NCBI GenBank assembly: GCA_023138975.1 | Contig: JAGLON010000006.1 | Coordinates: 42,999 to 106,998, forward strand | DNA length: 64,000 nucleotides | Source of the DNA: Candidatus Zixiibacteriota bacterium | GTDB taxonomy: Bacteria > Zixibacteria > MSB-5A5 > GN15 > JAAZOE01 | Reading direction: 5' to 3' | Part shown: piece after piece, positions 27,599 through 37,974 of the stretch | How positions within the stretch are numbered: position 1 is the stretch's first letter | Layout of the letters: every line of letters starts with the position of its first letter | Position numbers and translations under genes: made by a program | Notes under the pieces: model-generated | Seen by the model: the letters and a program-made list of their open reading frames with translations, nothing else | What the model was told of the DNA's origin: nothing | Databases searched by the model: none

Positions 27599-28447
27599 AT
27601 GACTGCTTCTTCGACTGATAAATTTAAATTAACGTTTTATCACTATCTCGCCTTCGGGCTGTTTATGGCGCTTTATCTGCAAGTGTTGATCGGCCTTGTC
27701 GGTGAATGGTATAACGACGATAACTACTCTCACGGCTTTCTGATTCCGTTGGTAACCGGCTATCTGCTTTGGAAAAAACGGGATAAACTCAAAAGCCTGA
27801 TATCCTCCGACGGCGCCAATTGGGGACTGGTTATAATTCTATTTGGAATGACCGTCTTTGTACTGGCCAATGCTATGGCTGAGTACTTCACCCTCAGATG
27901 TTCGTTAATAATCACTCTCTATGGTCTCGTCTGGTATTTATTCGGCAGAAGATTCGCGCTCGAAGCATGGTTCGAACTACTCTACCTGTTCTTCATGGTA
28001 CCTCTGCCGTATGTAATCTACTATACCATGACGTTCCCGATGCAGCTTTTCGCCACTAAGGTCACGGTGAAAATCTTAACCGGTATCGGTATGTCAGCCG
28101 TTCAACAGGGAAACATCATTCATCTGCCGGGCTACTCGCTCGAAGTCGCCGAGGCCTGCAGCGGCCTGCGGTCGCTGATTTCGTTGTTAGCCCTCGGAGC
28201 TATCTACGCCCGGATGACTCAAAACGATTTACCTCGTCAACTTATCCTGTTTCTGTCAACGATTCCGATTGCCATTGCCGCCAATATTTTCCGTGTCCTG
28301 TTTACTGCTATCGGAGCCTATACCATTTCAAGGGAATTGGCTGAGGAGTTTTTGCACGAACTGTCCGGGATGATGGTCTTTATCGTGGCGTTTATAATGA
28401 TGCTTATCTGGGGCGCGATTATTAAAATCGGGAGGAAAAAAGCATGA
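27599..28447 (+). CDS. Exosortase (Xrt family transpeptidase)
   Basis: Polytopic protein with hallmark motifs DNYSHGFLIP, the catalytic Cys context EVAEACSGLRSL, ANIFRV (Arg) and HELSGM (His). Confidence 0.85.
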   Translation: MTASSTDKFKLTFYHYLAFGLFMALYLQVLIGLVGEWYNDDNYSHGFLIPLVTGYLLWKKRDKLKSLISSDGANWGLVIILFGMTVFVLANAMAEYFTLRCSLIITLYGLVWYLFGRRFALEAWFELLYLFFMVPLPYVIYYTMTFPMQLFATKVTVKILTGIGMSAVQQGNIIHLPGYSLEVAEACSGLRSLISLLALGAIYARMTQNDLPRQLILFLSTIPIAIAANIFRVLFTAIGAYTISRELAEEFLHELSGMMVFIVAFIMMLIWGAIIKIGRKKA

Positions 28448-29094
28448 CCCCATCCTCTCAAAAAGCTATTGTCGCAATCGTCATTCTGGTTGTCTTCGGA
28501 AGTTTCGGTACCTATTTACGCTCCAGTCAGGTAATGCCCGAATCCGGCCCGGTGTTCAGTCAAATCCCATACGAGGAATTCGGCTTCTACGGGACCGAGC
28601 ATCGTTTCGATGAATATGCCTACGATGTTCTTCGTGCCGACACTACTACCCTGCGGATGTACCGGGATAGTGACAACGGCTCCTACTGGCTGTTCATGGC
28701 CTACTTTTCGAGTCAGAAATACGGCTCGCAGATCCATTCTCCCAAACATTGTCTGCCGGGCGGAGGATTCCGAATCGAGACAATCGAACCGTACCAAATC
28801 ACTCTCGCCGACGGCACAATCCTGACGATCAACCGATTGCTTATCGCCAACCCACAGCGCAAAGAATTGATGATGTACTGGTTTGAGACTCGCGGCGGAA
28901 TAATATCTTCGGAATTTGGTCTAAAATTTGATTTGATGCGCAATGCAATGATGCTGCGCCCGACCGATGCGGCTATTTGCCGTTTGACAATGCCGTTACC
29001 CTTGAGTGCTGATTTCAACGAAGCCACCAACCGGGCAGTATCGTTTATAAAACAGTTCTACCCCTCAATAAAATCATCATTACCGTTTGAATAA
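28444..29094 (+). CDS. EpsI-family exosortase-associated protein
   Basis: ATGA overlap with the exosortase gene; an N-terminal TM segment; IHSPKHCLPGGGF is the EpsI signature. Confidence 0.8.
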   Translation: MTPSSQKAIVAIVILVVFGSFGTYLRSSQVMPESGPVFSQIPYEEFGFYGTEHRFDEYAYDVLRADTTTLRMYRDSDNGSYWLFMAYFSSQKYGSQIHSPKHCLPGGGFRIETIEPYQITLADGTILTINRLLIANPQRKELMMYWFETRGGIISSEFGLKFDLMRNAMMLRPTDAAICRLTMPLPLSADFNEATNRAVSFIKQFYPSIKSSLPFE

Positions 29095-29202
29095 TCAGGC
29101 AGAATAATTACTTAGATAAAAATAGCTGGTTCTTCCCGGCAGATGTGGACATTTACCGGGCACGAAACCGTTTAATAAATAGGCTCTGTTTATAAAGTCT
29201 TT

Positions 29203-29296
29203 CGTAGGGGTCGACTCTGTCGACCCGGATGGAATAACGGCCAAAGTCTTTCGGGCTGACAAAGTTCATCAGGCCTTTGGTCCAGCCCCTACCAAG
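29203..29296. repeat. Intergenic hairpin modules (GGGTCGAC-tct-GTCGACCC and a GGCCTTTGGTCC module)
   Basis: Perfect 8 bp palindromic hairpin at about 29208-29226. aggcctttggtcc is the reverse complement of the ggaccaaaggcct core at 38250 and 41305. Confidence 0.5.
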
Positions 29297-29317
29297 AGTT
29301 TTTTGTGAATTCCCCAA

Positions 29318-29350
29318 CAAAAAAAGCCCCGTTTTACACAGGGCTTTTCA
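29318..29350 (-). terminator. Terminator of rpmA (bidirectional shape)
   Basis: The minus strand reads aagccctgtgtaaaacggggcttttttt. Confidence 0.6.
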
Positions 29351-29373
29351 AAATCAAATCTTTTATTCGAATA

Positions 29374-29625
29374 CTATTCGACGACCGAGATACGCTTGCG
29401 GTCTTTACCAACCCGCTCAAACTGAACTACGCCGGTAATCTTGGCAAAAATTGTCCAGTCCCTGCCCACGCCGACGTTATCGCCAGCCAAAAAATGTGAG
29501 CCGCACTGGCGGACAATTATCGAGCCGGCATGAATAGCTTGTCCGGCATATACTTTTACGCCGCGTCGTTGGGCATTTGAGTCGCGTCCGTTTTTCGAAG
29601 ATCCGACACCTTTTTTATGTGCCAT
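29374..29625 (-). CDS. rpmA: 50S ribosomal protein L27
   Basis: [29 protein letters not shown]... is unmistakably L27. Confidence 0.95.
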   Translation of the reverse strand: MAHKKGVGSSKNGRDSNAQRRGVKVYAGQAIHAGSIIVRQCGSHFLAGDNVGVGRDWTIFAKITGVVQFERVGKDRKRISVVE

Positions 29626-29797
29626 AGTAAAAACCTCTTCTAATCCGTTTCAATTTCAAGACCGAAATACATTACCGGCCGATTCGAGCTTCTGAATATA
29701 CACACTCAGGCCAAAAAAGCAAGTGTTTTCCAGCCCAAAATTCAGGCGGGCGGCCAAATCGACCGCCCGTCCTGTCAATGCTATTTTATTATAACTA

Positions 29798-32275
29798 CTA
29801 CTGAGAATTCACCGAATCCGGCTGATTCTCAGACTCTGACGAAGAGACTCCCTGGTGAAAAATAAATTTCAGGCAATCGTCTTCCTCATTAACCGTGATT
29901 TCAAGCTCACAATCACCGGCATATTGACCGCGAAGAATTTCTTCAGACAGCGGATCTTCGAGATATTTCTGAATCGCTCGCTTGAGTGGTCGGGCTCCAT
30001 AGGCCGGTTCAAAGCCTTTATTCGCCAACCAGTCTTTGCCTTCTTCGGTTAAATTACACGACAATCCCTTTTCGGCCAATCGATTAGCCAAATCAACGAG
30101 AAGGATATCTATAATCTGCTTAATATCTCCGAGTGTCAGGGAGCGGAAAATAATTGATTCGTCAATCCGGTTCAAAAGTTCCGGATTGAACATTTTCTTC
30201 AGCTCTTCATTAATCTTATGTTCCATTCTGCTGTGGTCGGCCGCCAGTTCATCCTTGGCAAATCCGACCGTCTTATCTTCGCCGATGGACCGGGTACCGA
30301 CATTTGACGTCAAAATTACGACAGTGTTGCGGAAATCGACTCTCCGGCCAAAGCTATCGGTCAACTGGCCGTCATCCATCAACTGCAGAAGGATATTGAA
30401 AACTTCCGGGTGGGCTTTTTCGATTTCGTCAAGTAAAACGACCGAATACGGTTTACGACGAACGCGTTCAGTCAACTGACCGCCTTCTTCGTAGCCGACA
30501 TACCCCGGAGGCGCTCCGATAAGTCTCGACACGGCAAACTTTTCCATGTATTCAGACATATCAATTCGAATCAGCGATTCAGCATCCTCGAATAGGAAAG
30601 CCGCCAACTGACGCGCCAGTTCGGTTTTGCCTACACCGGTCGGTCCCAGGAACAAAAAGGAGCCAATCGGTTTATTAGGATCGCTCAATCCGGCTCGCGC
30701 CCGGCGAATAGCCTTGGTCATAGAACTGATAGCGGCATCCTGACCGACAATAAACTGCTTGAGGCTATCGCCCATGCGAAGCAGCCGTTTCGATTCTTTT
30801 TCTTCCAGACGGAAGAGCGGAATACCGGTCATCGTGGAAACAACCTGCGCGATATCATCGTCGGTAAGAATAATCTGCTCTTCCTCGCGAGTGGTTTCCC
30901 ATTCCTTGTGCATTTCCTGAAGTTTTTCTTTCTTGAATTTAAGCTCATCACGATACTGCGCAGCAGTCTCAAATTCCTGATTTTTAACCGCTTCTTCTTT
31001 CTTTTTGGTAAGCCCGGTAATCTCTATTTCAATTTCAGCGAACTCCACCGGTCTGGTGTACGACGCCAGATGCGCCCGCGAACCGGCTTCGTCAACAACA
31101 TCAATGGATTTATCCGGCTGGAACTTGCCTGAAATATACCGTGAAGAAAGTTTTACCGCAGACTCAAGGGCTTCATCCGAAATTTTAATCTTGTGATGCT
31201 CTTCGTATTTTTCGCGGAGTCCCTTTAGGATTTTAATCGTATCCTCGGCACTCGGCTGTTCGACCATTACCATTTGGAACCGGCGTTCAAGGGCGCCGTC
31301 TTTTTCGATATACTTGCGATACTCATTAAGAGTCGTCGCGCCGATACACTGCAGTTCACCGCGAGACAGGGCCGGCTTGAAAATATTCGAGGCATCCAGG
31401 GAACCTTCGGCACCACCGGCACCGACGATGGTATGCAGTTCATCAATAAAGATGATGACGTCCCGGGAGTTCATGATTTCGGTCATGACCGATTTGAGCC
31501 GTTCCTCAAACTGACCGCGATATTTTGTTCCTGCTACTAATGAAGCCATATCGAGTGATACAACTCGTTTGTTTTCCAGAGTCTGAGGAATCTTGCCTTC
31601 GACAATACGCTGAGCCAGACCTTCGGCGATGGCGGTTTTACCCACGCCCGGTTCGCCAATTAAGACCGGATTATTCTTTTTGCGGCGTGATAGAATCTGC
31701 GTCACCCGTTCGATTTCCATCTGGCGTCCGATAATCGGATCGAGCCGTCCCCGGCGAGCCATTTCGGTCAGGTCGCGGCCAAAGTGATCGAGGGCCGGTG
31801 TTTTGGATTTGCGCCGTTTACGCTTGAAGGAAGACGGGCTTCCCCCATCTACATTTTTCAGCTCTTCATAAACTTCTTTATAGTCGATTTCGAACATCGA
31901 CATAACCTGTGATGCTACTCCCTCTTCATCCTTGAGGAGCGCGAGAAGGATATGCTCGGTATCGATATCTTTAGATTTCAGCGCTCGGGCTTCCTGCCCG
32001 GAGACTTCCAATGTTTTTTTGGCGCGTGCGGTTAAAGGAAGTTGACCCATGGTCATCGTTCCACCGGACGGCTGGACAACTTCTTCAACGGCCTTTTTGA
32101 GGTCGTTCAGATCGAGCCCCAGATTGGAGATTACCTCAATTGCGCGTCCTTCGGCAAGACGAATTAATCCCAGAAGTAAATGCTCAGTTCCGATATAATC
32201 ATGCCGGAGTCGAGCCGCTTCATCGCGCGCGTGCTCAATCGCCTTACGTGCCAGTTCGGTAAACATTTCATTCAT
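29798..32275 (-). CDS. clpC: ATP-dependent Clp protease ATP-binding subunit ClpC
   Basis: Double Clp_N repeats, two AAA+ modules ([13 protein letters not shown] and [13 protein letters not shown]) and a UVR motif between them ([19 protein letters not shown]). Confidence 0.95.
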   Translation of the reverse strand: MNEMFTELARKAIEHARDEAARLRHDYIGTEHLLLGLIRLAEGRAIEVISNLGLDLNDLKKAVEEVVQPSGGTMTMGQLPLTARAKKTLEVSGQEARALKSKDIDTEHILLALLKDEEGVASQVMSMFEIDYKEVYEELKNVDGGSPSSFKRKRRKSKTPALDHFGRDLTEMARRGRLDPIIGRQMEIERVTQILSRRKKNNPVLIGEPGVGKTAIAEGLAQRIVEGKIPQTLENKRVVSLDMASLVAGTKYRGQFEERLKSVMTEIMNSRDVIIFIDELHTIVGAGGAEGSLDASNIFKPALSRGELQCIGATTLNEYRKYIEKDGALERRFQMVMVEQPSAEDTIKILKGLREKYEEHHKIKISDEALESAVKLSSRYISGKFQPDKSIDVVDEAGSRAHLASYTRPVEFAEIEIEITGLTKKKEEAVKNQEFETAAQYRDELKFKKEKLQEMHKEWETTREEEQIILTDDDIAQVVSTMTGIPLFRLEEKESKRLLRMGDSLKQFIVGQDAAISSMTKAIRRARAGLSDPNKPIGSFLFLGPTGVGKTELARQLAAFLFEDAESLIRIDMSEYMEKFAVSRLIGAPPGYVGYEEGGQLTERVRRKPYSVVLLDEIEKAHPEVFNILLQLMDDGQLTDSFGRRVDFRNTVVILTSNVGTRSIGEDKTVGFAKDELAADHSRMEHKINEELKKMFNPELLNRIDESIIFRSLTLGDIKQIIDILLVDLANRLAEKGLSCNLTEEGKDWLANKGFEPAYGARPLKRAIQKYLEDPLSEEILRGQYAGDCELEITVNEEDDCLKFIFHQGVSSSESENQPDSVNSQ

Positions 32276-32304
32276 GATTTATATAAACCTCCATCTGTCG
32301 TGTC

Positions 32305-33348
32305 CTATAAAAGTTTTTCCCTGACCATTTCAGCCCTAAGTGTGTCGCGCTGATTGCTGTCTAACTCTTTTCCATAATACTTAATAAGGTGCGCCGGTTG
32401 CGACAGAAGTAAAATCTCATTAATCGTATCAATGCTGATATTTTCGATAACATTTATCGCCATCCCCAGTCTTACCGCGGACAATAGATTCATAACCTCT
32501 TCCGATGTAAGTACCCGGGCATATTTCAGTATTCCGTATGCCCGCCAGATTTTATCACAAATCTGATCCAATGCTTCCTCTTTCAGTCGATTACGGGCAC
32601 CAGCCTCGTCTGAAATAATTACGCGGGTAACCCGCTCAATATCACCCAGGATATCAGTTTCGGATTTACCCAGCGTTGACTGGTTTGATATTTGGAACAG
32701 GTTTCCAAGTACATCGGTTCCCTCACCGTAGAATCCACGAACCGCCAAACCCATTTTGGTAACCTTTTGAATCACTTTATCAATATCGCGAGTAAGAACC
32801 AGTCCCGGTAAATGAATTAGCACTGAAGCTCTGAGCCCGGTACCGACATTGGTCGGGCAGGAGGTAAGAAATCCAAAATCACTGTCATAATCATACTCTA
32901 TCAGCCGCCCCACTTCATTATCATACTGAGCCGCCAGCTCCATCGTCCGGTCCATCTCAAGACCCATTGTAATCGCCTGAATCCGCAAATGATCCTCTTC
33001 ATTGACCATTATCGAAACTTGCTCTTGAGGACCAATATAGACACCGGCTCCGCTGAGATTATCAAGCATCGTCGGGGAAATTAAATGACGCTCAACCAAA
33101 AAACTGCTATCAGTTTTAGAAACGTCGGCCGTCTTACAGAACTCGCCTCGCCCCAGAAATTCGGACTTTTTAAAGGCGGCATCAAAATATTCCAGCACTT
33201 TTTCACGGGTCGCATCGTCGGCCGAAGTTGGAAAATTGGTATCGGCCACGTTTCGCGCCAGACGAATCCGGGTTGACAAGACAACCGAAGATTCCTCACC
33301 CTGTCCGGTCAGCCATCCAGCCGGTTTTTTAGCCATCTGCTCAAACAT
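32305..33348 (-). CDS. mcsB: Protein-arginine kinase McsB
   Basis: Guanidino-kinase signature MVNEEDHLRIQA and TNVGTGLRASV. The start is probably ATG 33348, overlapping the mcsA stop (ATGTTTGA). Confidence 0.9.
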   Translation of the reverse strand: MFEQMAKKPAGWLTGQGEESSVVLSTRIRLARNVADTNFPTSADDATREKVLEYFDAAFKKSEFLGRGEFCKTADVSKTDSSFLVERHLISPTMLDNLSGAGVYIGPQEQVSIMVNEEDHLRIQAITMGLEMDRTMELAAQYDNEVGRLIEYDYDSDFGFLTSCPTNVGTGLRASVLIHLPGLVLTRDIDKVIQKVTKMGLAVRGFYGEGTDVLGNLFQISNQSTLGKSETDILGDIERVTRVIISDEAGARNRLKEEALDQICDKIWRAYGILKYARVLTSEEVMNLLSAVRLGMAINVIENISIDTINEILLLSQPAHLIKYYGKELDSNQRDTLRAEMVREKLL

Positions 33349-33883
33349 TTTCTTTTTCCTTACCGGCCGCAATCTCATCTGCTTCTTTCAGTGATTTTAA
33401 TTTATCCCGCAAATCGGCCGCCCGTTCAAAATCTTCGGAATCAATAGCGTGCGTCAATTCCTGCTCTAAGCGCTCTTGTTCTTTTATAACGGTTGCGTCT
33501 TCGGATAACATTGGAGGAAGTTTACCTCGATGCAAAGACGAGCCATGAATCTTACGTAACAACGCTTGAAGTTTTTCCCGGAATGTCTTATAGCACTCGC
33601 CGCATCCGAACCGCCCCAGTCGCGAGAATTCCTCAAAACTGAGACCACAATTTGAACAGGTCAGATCGGGAGCCGTAAGAGCGGTTGATTTTTCACCGGT
33701 AACATCGGTTTCCATCATACCGGACAGGAAATTAGCCAGAGGGAAAGGAATATTATCCAGCGGCGAATGGAAACCCCGCTTGGCAGCACAATCTTTACAC
33801 AGATTCAAAACGACCTTTTCATTGTTTACAATCTGTGTCAAGTTGACTGTTGCGTCATGCGCATCGCAATCCTGGCATTTCAT
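33341..33883 (-). CDS. mcsA: McsA (UvrB/UvrC-motif activator of McsB)
   Basis: N-terminal paired CxxC zinc fingers (CQDC...CKDC, CSNC...CGEC) and a C-terminal UVR motif EDFERAADLRDKLKSLK. Confidence 0.85.
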   Translation of the reverse strand: MKCQDCDAHDATVNLTQIVNNEKVVLNLCKDCAAKRGFHSPLDNIPFPLANFLSGMMETDVTGEKSTALTAPDLTCSNCGLSFEEFSRLGRFGCGECYKTFREKLQALLRKIHGSSLHRGKLPPMLSEDATVIKEQERLEQELTHAIDSEDFERAADLRDKLKSLKEADEIAAGKEKENV

Positions 33884-33916
33884 ATATTTACCCGAACCTT
33901 CTAAATCTTTAGTTTT

Positions 33917-34606
33917 CTACTCTTTTTCGCCGTTACTCAGGTGAATTACACGACCGCATAAATCAGCTAACGGTAGATTATGCGTCGCAATTGCAAACGA
34001 TGTCTTTTTTACATTATTAAGTTCTACCAATAATTCGTGCAGCTTATGCCCGGTCTTAACATCCAGGTTGCCCGACGGCTCATCGGCCAAAACAATATCG
34101 GGCTCTAAGGCCAAGGCTCTTGCCACTGCCACCCGCTGCTGCTCACCTCCAGACAACTCGGCCGGTAAGTGACTGATCCTATCTTTTAAACCCACATCGT
34201 CAAGCAATAGTTCCGCTCTCTCGGATGCTTCAGGGTGTGACTTGCCTGCAATTAATAGCGGCATCATGACATTCTCAAGGGCGCTGAATTCGGAAAGCAG
34301 GTAATGAAATTGGAATATAAACCCAATATGACGATTGCGAAAAACTGCCAATTCTGCTTCCGACATTGAGCTATAGGGTTTGTCATGGAAATATATATCC
34401 CCCTCATCGGGCCGGTCGAGTCCGCCTAATAAATGTAACAGCGTCGTCTTTCCAACTCCCGATGCTCCCAGCACGGCAACCATTTCACCTCGCTCGAGTT
34501 CCAGCGTGATTCCCTTCAAAACTTCAATTCTGCCCTGCGGTGTGCTAAATCCGCGATGAATATTATCAGACCGCAATATGCAGTTTTCCTGTTGACTACT
34601 GTTCAT
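33917..34606 (-). CDS. lolD: Lipoprotein-releasing system ATP-binding protein LolD
   Basis: Walker A GASGVGKTTLL, LSGGEQQRVAVARAL, Walker B ADEPSGNLD. It is paired with a LolC/E-type permease. Confidence 0.8.
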   Translation of the reverse strand: MNSSQQENCILRSDNIHRGFSTPQGRIEVLKGITLELERGEMVAVLGASGVGKTTLLHLLGGLDRPDEGDIYFHDKPYSSMSEAELAVFRNRHIGFIFQFHYLLSEFSALENVMMPLLIAGKSHPEASERAELLLDDVGLKDRISHLPAELSGGEQQRVAVARALALEPDIVLADEPSGNLDVKTGHKLHELLVELNNVKKTSFAIATHNLPLADLCGRVIHLSNGEKE

Positions 34607-34741
34607 TTCTTATCCACCGCGACTTATTATATATTTTCGCCATTTTTGTCAAAATGTTTACCCGTTAATCACTTAACCTTCGATATAATTACCCGGTCAT
34701 CACTTTTTTAACATTACTCGTACCAAAAACTTTTATTCAAT

Positions 34742-35989
34742 CTATCGTCGTAAAACTCTGACAACCGATAATCTCGAAGCTCTGACAGCTGGATAAATCG
34801 TTGCCAGAAAACAAAGTATAATTGCGGCAGCACCAACTATCATAAAATCAAAGAGGCGTATCTCCACCGGTAAGCGGCTGATGAAGTAGATCTCGGGATC
34901 CAAAGCGACAATCTCAAACTCAATCTGAAGCCAGCACAGAAAATACCCTAACCCCCAGCCCAAGGCACAACCTAATATGCCCACAATCGTGCCGAGACCC
35001 ATGAATATTCGAGCAATTGACTTTGGTATCGAGCCCATCGTTTTTAATATGCCTATCTCATGCCGTTTTTCCATAACTATCATAACCAGCGTTGAGATAA
35101 TATTAAAGGCCGCAACAGTTATGATGAGCGACAAGGCGATAAACATGCCGATTTTTTCGAGGCGCATCCATGAAAACAGATTGGAGTTCATCTGTTTCCA
35201 GTCCACCGCGTCGTATTTGTCAGAGTACTTCTCGTTAACCCTCTCGGCGATGACATCGGCCGACATGACATCGAAAGTTCGCAAATGAATCCCGGTAACT
35301 CCTCCGGTTTTGAATAGGCTGGCTGCATCGGGAATTGAGATATAGGCCATCGAGGCGTCATATTCATACATACCAACTTCAAAAATACCCCGGACTTCAA
35401 ACTTTTTAACCTTCGGCTGAACTCCGGCCCGGAGTTTTTCGCCCTTCAGGGAAAACAGAACCAGGTTATCGCCAGGGATAACATCAAGCCGTTGAGCCAG
35501 CATCTTTCCGACAATGATTCCGCCCTCTCCCTCCTCGTTGGGTGACACGTCGAAGTATCCGGAAAAAACGTTATCTCCTAATCCGGTCACAGCATTTTCG
35601 AGTTCAGTGTCGATGCCTCGCACTACAATACCATCACCGGCGGCATCGGATGCGACGGCGGCTTTGTAATAAATAAATGGTGCCGCTGCGGTAACTCCCT
35701 CAACGGTCAGAAGCTCCACCATGGCCGAATCAGGCTCAGCCAGATGCGTTTCAAAACGTGGGAAAACCGTAATATGTGATGTGACGCCTAGTATCCGTGT
35801 CCGCATTTCGGTCTCAAAACCGTTCATCATCGACATGACAAACACGAGAGCGGCCACTCCGATGACAACTCCTCCGATTGAGAAGGCGGTATTGAGGGAG
35901 ATAAACGCTCCTTTTTTCCGCGCCATCAGATAGCGTCTTGCTATGAACCATTCAAATCGCACACGTACATCCCTGTGTTTTATGAGCAT
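34742..35989 (-). CDS. lolE: Lipoprotein-releasing system permease (LolC/LolE family, FtsX domain)
   Basis: 415 aa. FEWFIARRYL at the N-terminus, a large periplasmic loop, and a C-terminal FtsX-like 3-TM bundle ending YPAVRASRLSVVRVLR. Confidence 0.8.
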   Translation of the reverse strand: MLIKHRDVRVRFEWFIARRYLMARKKGAFISLNTAFSIGGVVIGVAALVFVMSMMNGFETEMRTRILGVTSHITVFPRFETHLAEPDSAMVELLTVEGVTAAAPFIYYKAAVASDAAGDGIVVRGIDTELENAVTGLGDNVFSGYFDVSPNEEGEGGIIVGKMLAQRLDVIPGDNLVLFSLKGEKLRAGVQPKVKKFEVRGIFEVGMYEYDASMAYISIPDAASLFKTGGVTGIHLRTFDVMSADVIAERVNEKYSDKYDAVDWKQMNSNLFSWMRLEKIGMFIALSLIITVAAFNIISTLVMIVMEKRHEIGILKTMGSIPKSIARIFMGLGTIVGILGCALGWGLGYFLCWLQIEFEIVALDPEIYFISRLPVEIRLFDFMIVGAAAIILCFLATIYPAVRASRLSVVRVLRR

Positions 35990-36042
35990 TGTATTACCGA
36001 ACGCTCTTTATATCCAGTTTCTTTTCATGCTTCGCATGAAAT

Positions 36043-36298
36043 GTCGAAACCTACCCCCTGCGAGGTACTATAGCCAGGGGTTTCGACCTACAATAATGCT
36101 ATTGTCATTCCCGAGAGTCCGCGCGTTAGCCGGACGAGTCGGGAATCCAGAGCGCGTTGGAACTATGTGACATACGCGATCTTAATCCCACAACTATGTG
36201 GGGCAGTACGGAGTCAAATCATGCTCACCACTGGATTCCCGCCTACGCGGGAATGACGAAATTTTCTATACTCGGTATCCCAAGGCTTTAGCCTTGGG
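36043..36298. repeat. Mosaic cluster of REP/BIME-like hairpin modules
   Basis: The cluster contains GTCGAAACC...GGTTTCGACCTAC (36043-36091), GTCATTCCCGAG-N-CGGGAATCCAG (36104-36150), CCCAC-aactat-GTGGG (36187-36202), CTGGATTCCCGC-N-GCGGGAATGAC (36231-36257) and cccaaggc-ttta-gccttggg (36279-36298). Confidence 0.75.
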
Positions 36299-36310
36299 GT
36301 TCTTTCCCGG

Positions 36311-37807
36311 CTATTCTTCCTTTTGAGATCTCATCTGCGGGAAGAACAGCACATCCTGTATCGAATGCTGATTGGTGCACAGCATTACAATCCGGTCAAC
36401 GCCAATCCCCAACCCTCCGGTCGGCGGCATGCCGTACATTAAAGCATTAATAAAATCATGATCAAGCTGATGCGCCTCTTCGTCACCCGCCTCGGCGACT
36501 TTACCCTGATCAATAAATCTCTGTTTCTGATCCAGAGGGTCATTGAGTTCGGAGAAGGCATTACCCAATTCCATCCCGCATGCAAACAATTCATACCGCT
36601 CGGCCAGATTCGGATTATCCCGGTGCACTTTGGCTAACGGCGAAATATCCTTAGGATGATCGATAATAAACGTCGGCTGCTGCAGTGTCGGCTCAACTAA
36701 CTCATCAAAAAACGCCTCAACAATTTTACCGTGATTCAACATCTTCGCTTTATCGAAATTGGCATCCTTGGCCAACTTTAAAGCTTTATCAAAATCGAAA
36801 TCAGACAGATCCGGCCCGCCGTTTTCCTTGACGGCATCAATCATCGATATCCGCTTGAACGGTTCGCCGAACTCGATCTTCTCACCTTCGTATTCGAGAA
36901 AAGAATTCCCGGAGACTTCTTTAATCGTATGGCGCAGTAAATCTTCGTACAGGTCCATCATGTCGTGATAATCGGCGAAAGCCTGATACAGTTCAATCAT
37001 AGTAAATTCGGGATTGTGCTTGCGGTCGAGTCCCTCGTTGCGAAAATCTTTACACATCTCCCACACTTTATCATAACCGCCGACGATGAGGCGTTTGAGG
37101 TACAGCTCATCGGCAATACGCAGATACAAATCCATATCTAGCTTGCGGTGATGCGTCACAAACGGAACCGCGATACCTCCGCCGTAGAGCGGTTGTAACA
37201 CCGGAGTTTCGACTTCCATGAATCCACGATCGTTTAGGAAATTTCGGATCGCCTGCAAAACTTTGGAACGAGTCTTGAATACGTCCCGCACCTCCTGATT
37301 GACGATTAGGTCAACATAACGTTGACGATAGCGGGTTTCCTTGTCGGTTAAACCGTGCCATTTTTCCGGCAGCGGATGGAGTGACTTGGTCAGAATTTCA
37401 AACTCCTCAATCTTGACCGTCTGTTCTCCGGTCCGGGTGGTAAACATCGTTCCCTTCATGCCAATGAAATCGCCCATATCCAGTAGAAGGAACTGTTCCC
37501 ACAGCTCATCGCCAATCACATTCTTTTTCATATAGCATTGCAGGCGTCCCCATTCGTCCATAAAATGCAAAAAGGCCGCCTTGCCCATTTTGCGAATAGC
37601 CATTATTCGTCCAGCCGTCTGGATTGGTGTTTCCTTTTCGGCTAATTCATCGTAACCGTCGAGCAGCTGCTTGGTATTGTGTGTGACGTTATATGTATAG
37701 GGATAAGGGTTTATTCCCATTTCCCGCAATTTGTTCAGTTTTTCAATCCGTCCTTCGATGACTTGGTTCACAGGAACAGTTGGTTCTTGAGGCTTTTCGT
37801 CGCTCAT
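36311..37807 (-). CDS. lysS: Lysine--tRNA ligase, class II
   Basis: 498 aa with an N-terminal OB anticodon-binding domain and class II motifs (FMEVETPVLQ, ...ELGNAFSELNDP..., GMPPTGGLGIGVDRIVM). Confidence 0.95.
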   Translation of the reverse strand: MSDEKPQEPTVPVNQVIEGRIEKLNKLREMGINPYPYTYNVTHNTKQLLDGYDELAEKETPIQTAGRIMAIRKMGKAAFLHFMDEWGRLQCYMKKNVIGDELWEQFLLLDMGDFIGMKGTMFTTRTGEQTVKIEEFEILTKSLHPLPEKWHGLTDKETRYRQRYVDLIVNQEVRDVFKTRSKVLQAIRNFLNDRGFMEVETPVLQPLYGGGIAVPFVTHHRKLDMDLYLRIADELYLKRLIVGGYDKVWEMCKDFRNEGLDRKHNPEFTMIELYQAFADYHDMMDLYEDLLRHTIKEVSGNSFLEYEGEKIEFGEPFKRISMIDAVKENGGPDLSDFDFDKALKLAKDANFDKAKMLNHGKIVEAFFDELVEPTLQQPTFIIDHPKDISPLAKVHRDNPNLAERYELFACGMELGNAFSELNDPLDQKQRFIDQGKVAEAGDEEAHQLDHDFINALMYGMPPTGGLGIGVDRIVMLCTNQHSIQDVLFFPQMRSQKEE

Positions 37808-37974
37808 TGATCAATCCTCACTTCGGTAGTTGCCGATTAATATTTGCAATTCTTTCAAATCAAAACAGTTATACGGCTCGGGCCGTATTTAGCCTATTAA
37901 TATACCAGAATTATGGAGTAAAACGCAATCTCTTAATATGGAGATTTGCCTGAGAGTTCTATCTCAATTTTGCT

